From an uncultured Gemmatimonadales bacterium (GTDB taxonomy: Bacteria > Gemmatimonadota > Gemmatimonadetes > Gemmatimonadales > GWC2-71-9), in assembly GCA_963828735.1 (NCBI GenBank), contig CAWHFW010000005.1, forward strand, positions 1,952,001-2,016,000: 64,000 nt of DNA. Reading direction: 5' to 3'. The notes beneath the pieces are model-generated. The model was not told the origin of the DNA and searched no databases. It was given only the letters and a program-made list of their open reading frames with translations. Below are positions 57,082 through 64,000 of this stretch, in pieces (positions within the stretch are counted from its first letter, which is position 1; each line of letters opens with the position of its first letter). Both the position numbers and the translations under genes were made by a program.

Positions 57082-59864
57082 GCGCTGTCCTCGACCAGCC
57101 GGAGCCGCGGGAACCGGTCCGTCGAGAGCAGCTCCTCGATCGCCGCCGCCGACAGCGCCGGCCAGAAGTGGTGCCCCTGGCCCAGGGTGCAGCCCAGCTC
57201 GATCAGCGCCGCCCGCTGCTCCGCCCGCTCGATCCCCTCGGCGATCGTCTGGAGCTTGAGCGTGTCGCCCAGGCCGACGATCGCGCGAGCGAGCGCCGAG
57301 CGGTCCGCGCCCTGGCCCACTTCCTCGACGAACGGCTTGGCGATCTTGAGGATGTCGATCGGGAACCGCTGCAAGTAGCTGAGCGACGAGTAGCCGGTCC
57401 CGAAGTCGTCGATCGCGAGCCGCACCCCGAACGCCTTGAGCTGCTGCAGCCGCTCGAGCACCGCGTCGGTCTGCTGCATCAGCACGCTCTCGGTGATCTC
57501 GAGCACGACCGACGACGGCTCGACGCCGGACGACGTGAGCGTCTGCCTGAGCGCGTCGACCAGTCCCGAGCCCTGGAGCTGGCGGCCCGAGATGTTGACC
57601 GAGATGCCGAGCGGCAGCTCCGGGTGCGCCGCGCGCCAGACCTGGAGCTGCCGGCACGCCTCGCCCAGCACCCAGGCGCCGAGCTGCACGATGAGGCCGG
57701 TCTCCTCGGCGAGCGGAATGAAGTGCTGCGGCAGGAGCCGCCCGAACTGCGGGTGCTCCCAGCGCAGCAGCGCCTCGACGCCGCAGATCCCGCCGCTCTG
57801 GAGGTTGACGATCGGCTGGTAGAACAGCGTGAGCTGGTTGGTCTCGATCGCGCTCCGGAGCGCGGCCTCGAGGTCCAGCCGCTCGCGGATGTCGGCGTAC
57901 ATGCGCGACTCGTAGGTCGCCGCGCGGCCCTTGCCGTGGCGCTTGGCGGCGTACATCGCCATGTCGGCGTTCCGGAGCAGGTCGTCCGCCGTGTCGTCGG
58001 TCGACGCCGTGGCCACGCCGATGCTGGCCGTCACACGGAGCTGGTTGCCGCTGAGCGAGAACGGGTGCGACATCGCGGCGGACAGCCGGTCGGGCAACCC
58101 CTCGCGCCCGTCCGCGCCCTCGATCAGGATCGCGAACTCGTCGCCGCCGAGCCGCGCCACGGTGTCGGCGCTTCGCGCGCACGCCAGGAAGCGCTCCGCC
58201 GCGGCGATGAGCAGCCGGTCGCCCTCGGCGTGGCCCAGGCTGTCGTTCACCGTCTTGAAGTCGTCGAGATCCAGGAACAGCACCGTGACCGGGTTGCCGC
58301 GGCGATGCGCCAGGGCCAGCGCGTGGCTCACCCGGTCCCGGAACAGCGCGCGGTTGGCGAGCCCGGTGAGCGGGTCGTGGAACGCCTGGTGGATGAGCTG
58401 CTCCTCCAGCCGGCGCCGCTCGCTCACGTCGCGGGTGTTGAGCACGATGCCCTTCACCGTCGAGTCGTGCAGCAGGTTCGTCGCGAGGATCTCCGCGTTG
58501 AGCCAGGAGCCGTCCGACTGACGGAACCGCCACTCGACCGGGCCGGTCACCCCGGGCGCCTTCGCGGCGTCGCGGAAGAAGGCCGTGGCGCGCTCGCGAT
58601 CCTCGGGGTGCAGCAGGTCGGTGAGCGTTTGCCGCACCATCCCCGCCGGATCGTAGCCGAAGACCCGCGACGCCGACGGGCTCACGAACCGGATGGTGCC
58701 GTCCGGCCGGGTGACGAGGATGACGTCGGACGAGTGCTGCACCAGCGAGCGGAACCGCGCCTCGTTCTGCCGCGCGGCGTGCTCGGCCAGGAGCCGCACG
58801 TTCTCCCGCACCGTGAGGAGCTGGCGCAGCACCACCAGCGCGGTCACCAGCAAGGCGCCGATCGCGAGCCCGCTGATCGGATCGGTCCACGGGTGGAGCA
58901 CCACGAACAGGAGCAGCGCGTACGTCGTCGCGACCGCGAGGTAGGGCAGGGGGCTGATCGGCTGGAATCGGGTGAGCGGCACCGAGGACGTCGTCCGGCG
59001 CGCCACGGGCCGGCGCCAGTACAGCTCGGCGCTCCCGATCAGCATCACGTAGCAGATGAGGAAGACCGCGTCGGCCCAGCTCGCGCTCCGGCCGCCGGCC
59101 TCGAGCTGCACCAGGTTGAACGTGAGGTCCGCGACCACGCCCACCGACACGCCCGTCACCAGCAGGCCGAACGCGACCCGGTTCCCGTCGATCGGCCGGC
59201 GGAGCAGCACGGTCGTCACGCCCAGCAGGACGAGCATGCTCACCAGCGGATAGGCAAACGCCAGCAGCGTGACGACGACGCTGCTCTCCTGCGAGGCCGC
59301 CGTTGGCCGCACGGAGAAGTACCAGATGGCCACCGCGCCGCCCACGAGCACCATGGCCGCGTCGAGCAGGAATTTCCACCGCTCGAGCCGGGTCCGGCGC
59401 GCGAGCGGGAACGAGAGTAGTGCGACGAGGGTCAGCAGCGAGTCGGTCAGGTAGAACGGGTCGGCCCACGAGACCGGCGGGTTCTCGTGCCGGGCGAGCA
59501 CGTACCAGGCCGAGATGACGTTGCCGGTGAAGACCATCAGGCCGCCGAGTGCCAGCAGCCGGAGTGCCCGCCGCACGCCGGGATCCAGGATCTCGCGTCG
59601 CGACGCCAGGGCGAACAGCGTCAACACCGTCAGGTTGAACGGCATGAACGCGACGTTGCCGACCAGGTCGCGGACCGCCGGGCTGCCCCAGTGGCCCTGC
59701 TCCCAGACGAAGTAGAGGGCCGCGTAGATGGCGGTCAGGAAGGCGATCGTGCCCACCGGAACGAGGCGGTGGTACGCGCCCGGGCCAGCCGAAACGGTCG
59801 CATTCTGCGGCTCGGTCGGAGCGGTCACGGCCCGATGGGGGTCAGACTGGCGTCGCTGGGGCAC
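57078..59864 (-). CDS. Membrane-bound PAS-GGDEF-EAL c-di-GMP enzyme
   Basis: About 8-9 TM helices, PAS (FVSPS..LHPED), HDPLTGLANR, GGDEF, EALLRW, DDFGTGYSSL. Confidence 0.94.
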   Translation of the reverse strand: MPQRRQSDPHRAVTAPTEPQNATVSAGPGAYHRLVPVGTIAFLTAIYAALYFVWEQGHWGSPAVRDLVGNVAFMPFNLTVLTLFALASRREILDPGVRRALRLLALGGLMVFTGNVISAWYVLARHENPPVSWADPFYLTDSLLTLVALLSFPLARRTRLERWKFLLDAAMVLVGGAVAIWYFSVRPTAASQESSVVVTLLAFAYPLVSMLVLLGVTTVLLRRPIDGNRVAFGLLVTGVSVGVVADLTFNLVQLEAGGRSASWADAVFLICYVMLIGSAELYWRRPVARRTTSSVPLTRFQPISPLPYLAVATTYALLLFVVLHPWTDPISGLAIGALLVTALVVLRQLLTVRENVRLLAEHAARQNEARFRSLVQHSSDVILVTRPDGTIRFVSPSASRVFGYDPAGMVRQTLTDLLHPEDRERATAFFRDAAKAPGVTGPVEWRFRQSDGSWLNAEILATNLLHDSTVKGIVLNTRDVSERRRLEEQLIHQAFHDPLTGLANRALFRDRVSHALALAHRRGNPVTVLFLDLDDFKTVNDSLGHAEGDRLLIAAAERFLACARSADTVARLGGDEFAILIEGADGREGLPDRLSAAMSHPFSLSGNQLRVTASIGVATASTDDTADDLLRNADMAMYAAKRHGKGRAATYESRMYADIRERLDLEAALRSAIETNQLTLFYQPIVNLQSGGICGVEALLRWEHPQFGRLLPQHFIPLAEETGLIVQLGAWVLGEACRQLQVWRAAHPELPLGISVNISGRQLQGSGLVDALRQTLTSSGVEPSSVVLEITESVLMQQTDAVLERLQQLKAFGVRLAIDDFGTGYSSLSYLQRFPIDILKIAKPFVEEVGQGADRSALARAIVGLGDTLKLQTIAEGIERAEQRAALIELGCTLGQGHHFWPALSAAAIEELLSTDRFPRLRLVEDSA

Positions 59865-59915
59865 GGACGGAGCTCGAAGGCAATGATGATGCCGTGTTGG
59901 GGTCTAGGTTGCCGC

Positions 59916-62597
59916 TCACGCGGGGTTCTCCACCAGCTTCTGGAATCGCGGGTTCTTGCGCAGCGGGTCGAATGTCGGATCGACCCGAAGCCAGCCGGGG
60001 GACAGATTGTAGGGCATCTGGAGCAGGGGCTCGAGGCGGTCGAGCGCCTTCTCGAACTCACCGGTCTCGATGTAGATGCGGACGAGCTGGTGCTGCAGAT
60101 AGGGCCCCGTATAGGTGTCCTTCGATATCGGCAGCAGGGCGACGCCTCGCTCGCCTTCGGCGATCGCCTCGGCCTTGCGGCCCAGGTAGGCGAGGGTGAG
60201 CCCGCGGAAGATGTGGCTCTGCGCGTCGTCCGGGGCGCCGGCCAGGCGCCCTTCGAACGCGACGCGGGCGGAGTCCGAGTAGGCCCGCGTCCTGGGCCGG
60301 TCACCCTGAAGGCGGTAGGTCTGGGCCAGCACGATGGCCCAGGAGGCGCGATCTGTGAAGGCGGAGGGCGTGAGCCGGAGCAGGAGTGCCTGCTGCTCCG
60401 GCGTGAGCAACCAGTAGAGCTCGTAGTAGTTGCCGAAGTAGGCCGCGAGGACGGTCGGGTCGATGCTGGGCGGCGCCTCACGGATCACTCGGCGTGCTCC
60501 CTCCAGGTCGCCTTGTCCGAGAAACACCATCGCCTTGTTCTCGAGCACCTGGACGTTGTCGGGCACGAGGGCGAGCGCGCGATCGCTCGCTGCGAGGGCG
60601 TCCGGATAGCGCCGCAGCCGGAGCAGCGTATAGGCGAGGCGCCGGGCAACCGCGAGCGAGCGAGGGTCCAGCGCCTGCGCCCGGCTGAAGTGTTGGAGCG
60701 CCTCCTCCCACTTGCCGGTGCTGATCTCGACCAAGGCGCTCGCGCCCAGCAGCTCGGCGTCGTTGGGCGATATCCGGAGCCCGGCCTCGTACGCCAGGCG
60801 GGCCTGCTCCTGATCCGGCGGGACGCTGGCGTAGTAGTCGCCGAGGGCGAGATGACCCACGGACTGGTTCTGGGCAAGCCGAAGCGCCCGATCGGCTCCC
60901 TCGCGTGCGCGGCGGGCGCTGGCGGGATCCGGGGTCCCGTTGGCGTAGAGCAGCGAGTGCGCCCGCGACAGCTCCGCCCAGGCCTGGGCAAAGCCGGAGT
61001 CGAGCGCTACCGCCTGCTCGTAGAAGCCGATGGCCGATCGCAGCCGCAGCGGGTCACCCGTGCCCATCGTCTGCGAGGCGGCCTCGCCCTTGAGGTACGC
61101 GTCGTAGGCCGCCGCGTTGTCCGTCGGCTTCGCCGCGAGCGCCGCCCGCTGCGGCGTGCCCATCGCGAGGTCCAGCGCCTGGGCCACCTGTCCCGCCACG
61201 TCGGCCTGGACCTTGAAGACGTCGGTGAGCGCCGCGTCGAACGGCTCCTGCCACTTGGTCGAGCCGGTCGAGACCTGGATCAGCTCTGGGCTCACCCGCA
61301 CGTGATTGGCGCCGTTGGATTTCTCCCACCGGACTGTGCCGGTGAGCAGATAGTCCACGCCCAGGTCGCGCCCGATCTCCTGTGGGCCCTTGGTGGTCTT
61401 CTTGTATTGGTTCGAGCTGCTGCGGGCGGTGACCTGCAGGCCGGGGAGCGCGGCCAGCTTGCCCCGCACCTCGTCGGTGACCCCGTCCGCGAAGTACTCG
61501 TCGTCCGCGCCGCCGAGATTCTCGAACGGCAGGACCGCGAGCCGCTTGGCCCCACCCTCGCCGGGCGTCTCGTTGCCGTGTCGCCGGAGCCAGCCGAACA
61601 GGAGGCCGAGTCCGAGGACGAACCCGAGGGTCAGCGACGTGGCGGCGATCGGCAGCCGCCGGTGCGGTTGGGCAGCTCGTGGCGCGGGCGCCGGGACCGG
61701 AGGGACGGCGGCCGTCGGGGCGGTCGGCGTGGCGGCGACCGGTGTGCGGGCCGTCGGAACAGGAGTGGCGCCCGGAGCGAGTGCCGCCGCGAACTGCGCG
61801 GCGCTGCTGAACCGGTCGGCCGCGGTCCTGGCCAGCGCCCTCTGCAAGGCCTCATCGACTGTGTCCGGCACCGCGTCGCGTAGCTGCCGCACCGGCCGCG
61901 GGGCCTCCATGAACCGCCGGGCAATCATCGCCTGCGCCGTCGGCGCCGCGAACGGTGTCTCCCCGGCCAGCATCTCGTAGAGCACCACCCCGAGCGAATA
62001 GATGTCCGTTCGCGCGTCCAGCTCGCGCTGGCCGCTGGCCTGCTCGGGGCTCATGTAGGCCGGCGTCCCCACGGCCATGCCGGTCTCGGTGAGCTTCTCG
62101 TCGGCGTCCCCCAGCGCGCGCGCGATGCCGAAGTCGGCCACCAGCGCGTGCTGCGTGCTGATGAGGATGTTCTCTGGCTTGATGTCCCGGTGGACGATGC
62201 CGTGGCGGTGGGCGTACTCCAGCGCATCGGCCGTTTCCCGCGCGAATCGCAGCGCGTCCTCGACCGGGAGCTGCTTCTCCCGGGTGAGCCGGTCGCGCAG
62301 GCTCTCGCCCTCGATGAACGGCATCGTGAACCAGAGCTGGCCGGCGGCCTCGCCCGAATCGAGCACGGTGAGGATGTGCGGATGCTGCAGCCGGGCGGCC
62401 AGGCGGATCTCGCGCAGGAACCGGTCGGGGCCGAGCGACGCGGCGAGGTGCGGATGGAGCACCTTGAGCGCGACCGGCCGGTCGTGCCGCAGATCCTGGG
62501 CCAGATAGACCGTCGCCATCCCCCCACGGCCAAGCTCGCGCTCGACCGTATAGCGGCCGTCGAGACCTTCACGAAGTCCCAGCGGCAGCTCGCCCAA
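59916..62597 (-). CDS. Ser/Thr kinase - TM - TolB-like - TPR protein
   Basis: TTG start with GGAG RBS; HRDIKPEN, DFG, AVLPFENL. Confidence 0.92.
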   Translation of the reverse strand: MGELPLGLREGLDGRYTVERELGRGGMATVYLAQDLRHDRPVALKVLHPHLAASLGPDRFLREIRLAARLQHPHILTVLDSGEAAGQLWFTMPFIEGESLRDRLTREKQLPVEDALRFARETADALEYAHRHGIVHRDIKPENILISTQHALVADFGIARALGDADEKLTETGMAVGTPAYMSPEQASGQRELDARTDIYSLGVVLYEMLAGETPFAAPTAQAMIARRFMEAPRPVRQLRDAVPDTVDEALQRALARTAADRFSSAAQFAAALAPGATPVPTARTPVAATPTAPTAAVPPVPAPAPRAAQPHRRLPIAATSLTLGFVLGLGLLFGWLRRHGNETPGEGGAKRLAVLPFENLGGADDEYFADGVTDEVRGKLAALPGLQVTARSSSNQYKKTTKGPQEIGRDLGVDYLLTGTVRWEKSNGANHVRVSPELIQVSTGSTKWQEPFDAALTDVFKVQADVAGQVAQALDLAMGTPQRAALAAKPTDNAAAYDAYLKGEAASQTMGTGDPLRLRSAIGFYEQAVALDSGFAQAWAELSRAHSLLYANGTPDPASARRAREGADRALRLAQNQSVGHLALGDYYASVPPDQEQARLAYEAGLRISPNDAELLGASALVEISTGKWEEALQHFSRAQALDPRSLAVARRLAYTLLRLRRYPDALAASDRALALVPDNVQVLENKAMVFLGQGDLEGARRVIREAPPSIDPTVLAAYFGNYYELYWLLTPEQQALLLRLTPSAFTDRASWAIVLAQTYRLQGDRPRTRAYSDSARVAFEGRLAGAPDDAQSHIFRGLTLAYLGRKAEAIAEGERGVALLPISKDTYTGPYLQHQLVRIYIETGEFEKALDRLEPLLQMPYNLSPGWLRVDPTFDPLRKNPRFQKLVENPA

Positions 62598-62762
62598 GGG
62601 GCGCTCCCGGTGCGCATCTAGGTTGAAAGGGTGGGGTCGTACAGGACGCTATAAGTAAACGAGATGCGCAGGCCTGCGCCAGCGGCAAAACCGGTCGCAT
62701 TTCCGACCCGAATCCAACCGGTTTCCGGGGCGGCGTACCTGCCGTCCGACCGTCCCACCGTA

Positions 62763-63725
62763 CTATCTCACCTCGAACTCCCCTCGGCATCCCTTGGCGA
62801 CCCAGATCGCCCCGGTCACGGTGCCCCAGGAGTCGTTCCGCACGCACGGCTGGGCGCCGAGCTGCCGGATGAGCTGCACCTGGCCGGAGTTCCGGATCTC
62901 GCACTCGGTGCGTTGCCCGTCCCTGGACTCGCAGGTCACCCGGTTCGGGAGGACGTTGCCGCTTTCCGGCGCGCTCACGGTCTCCGCGCTCACGGTCTCG
63001 AAGACGGCCCGGCATCCGCGATCCACCCAGACGAAGTTCGGCACGATGCCGTAGGACACGTTGACGGTGCAAGGCAGGTCGGTCATCTGGCCGGCGAAGC
63101 GCACCTGGGTCCCGGCCGGCACCGGGCACTGCTGCCGGCCGTTGGTCGGCGAGCTGCAGGTGATACGCATGCCGCCCCCGCCCCCGCCCCCGACCGGGCC
63201 CGGCATCGCGACGTCGAACTCGGCGCGGCAGCCGCCCGAGACCCAGATGTACTCGGCGGTCTGGGCGTAGGAGTCGTTGAGCCGGCAGGCGTTGTCGCTC
63301 AGCTGGCGGGCCAGGGTGACCCGGGCGCCGGTGGGAATTCGGCACTCGACGCGCTCGGTGTGGCGTGATTCGCAGGTGATGCGGGTGGTGGTGCCGGTAC
63401 TCGTCCCTGTCGCGGCGGGGTCGTCCCGGGTGAACGAGAGGATGTTGCCGGAGGAGGTCACCGTGCAGATGCCGGTCTCGGTTCCGGCGCGCCAGCGGAT
63501 GGTGGCCGCGTCGCGGTCGCGGGTATCGGGCGCGGCCTGGACCTGCGCGGCTTCGATCTGGTCGTAGGAGTAGTTCGGGAGGCGCCGGTCGGCCTCGGAC
63601 CGGCACATGCGGACCTGGTACGCGCTGACGGTGGTGTAGCTCTGCGCCTTGGCGGGCGATACGAGCGGGGGAACGATCCCGATCGCGAGGCACCATGCCA
63701 TCACCAATGCCGTACGCCGCCCCAT
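62763..63725 (-). CDS. Secreted protein with three Cys-rich DUF3011-like repeats
   Basis: Signal peptide; three repeats (I/V)TCxS...C...C...WVxxGCR. Confidence 0.8.
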   Translation of the reverse strand: MGRRTALVMAWCLAIGIVPPLVSPAKAQSYTTVSAYQVRMCRSEADRRLPNYSYDQIEAAQVQAAPDTRDRDAATIRWRAGTETGICTVTSSGNILSFTRDDPAATGTSTGTTTRITCESRHTERVECRIPTGARVTLARQLSDNACRLNDSYAQTAEYIWVSGGCRAEFDVAMPGPVGGGGGGGMRITCSSPTNGRQQCPVPAGTQVRFAGQMTDLPCTVNVSYGIVPNFVWVDRGCRAVFETVSAETVSAPESGNVLPNRVTCESRDGQRTECEIRNSGQVQLIRQLGAQPCVRNDSWGTVTGAIWVAKGCRGEFEVR

Positions 63726-63819
63726 GCGACACCCTCCATCGTCGTCGGGTCGAGGCCGAGCTGGACCGCGTGTAGCGGGTACCACGCGTACTAATAGTAG
63801 CGTGGCTTCCGCAGCACCC

Positions 63820-64000
63820 TTACGGCGCTCCGGCCACCAGCCGCTTGAAGCGCGGGTTGTCGTGGAGCGGCGCGAAGTTGGGGTCGATGCGAAGCCAGCC
63901 GGGCGAGAGGAAGTACGGGGTCTTGAGCAGTGCCTCGAGCTGGTCGATCGCCTTGTCCTGCTGCACCCACCACGGTGTAGATCCGGGCGAGCTGGTGCTG
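63820..64000 (-). CDS. 3' end of another kinase-TPR paralog (partial; apparent extra base near 63963)
   Basis: QHQLARIY...DKAIDQLEALLKTPYFLSPGWLRIDPNFAPLHDNPRFKRLV matches the C-termini of the four full-length paralogs. Confidence 0.8.
   Translation of the reverse strand, partial: STSSPGSTPWWVQQDKAIDQLEALLKTPYFLSPGWLRIDPNFAPLHDNPRFKRLVAGAP

Noticed and set aside
54412..59469. 1685-aa giant kinase ORF from the track
   Set aside because: The N-terminal ~800 aa is an Arg/Ala/Pro-rich off-frame overlap of the GGDEF-EAL gene; homology to the paralogs starts at GTG 57081.
63170..63195. Phase-variable poly-C tract
   Set aside because: The run is interrupted by G at regular intervals and simply encodes a Gly linker.

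Overview
Very GC-rich, gene-dense chromosomal window. Gene content and style suggest a Gemmatimonadota-like bacterium (inference only). I saw no rRNA, tRNA, CRISPR array, transposase, integrase or reverse transcriptase. Left half: osmoprotectant-type ABC importer; DUF1015-serA-serC; sufE coupled to a short rho; cimA behind a probable leader-peptide attenuator; ada; a flavin disulfide reductase with egtB-egtD-egtA (ergothioneine); qor-sseA; stress and membrane genes; ATL-arginase. Middle: an 1802-aa pseudokinase/AAA/GAF/sigma54 activator sits upstream of a -24/-12 promoter that precedes a STAS-like gene and an ECF sigma factor. Right half (37.8-64 kb, almost all minus strand): a cyanophycin cluster (iadA, frameshifted cphB, cphA, and a CphA paralog lacking the ATP-grasp domain), an orphan MCP, and an array of paralogous membrane Ser/Thr kinases (four full-length kinase-TolB-like-TPR genes, one kinase-only gene, one edge fragment) interleaved with SYLF, PAS-GGDEF-EAL and DUF3011 genes. 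The most unusual non-coding signal is a dispersed GCGGTGA/GCGGTCA heptamer repeat family. It supplies the stop codons of four genes, forms inverted pairs, and brackets an antisense four-helix-bundle gene inside the cyanophycin cluster. Three apparent single-base frameshifts may be sequencing errors.
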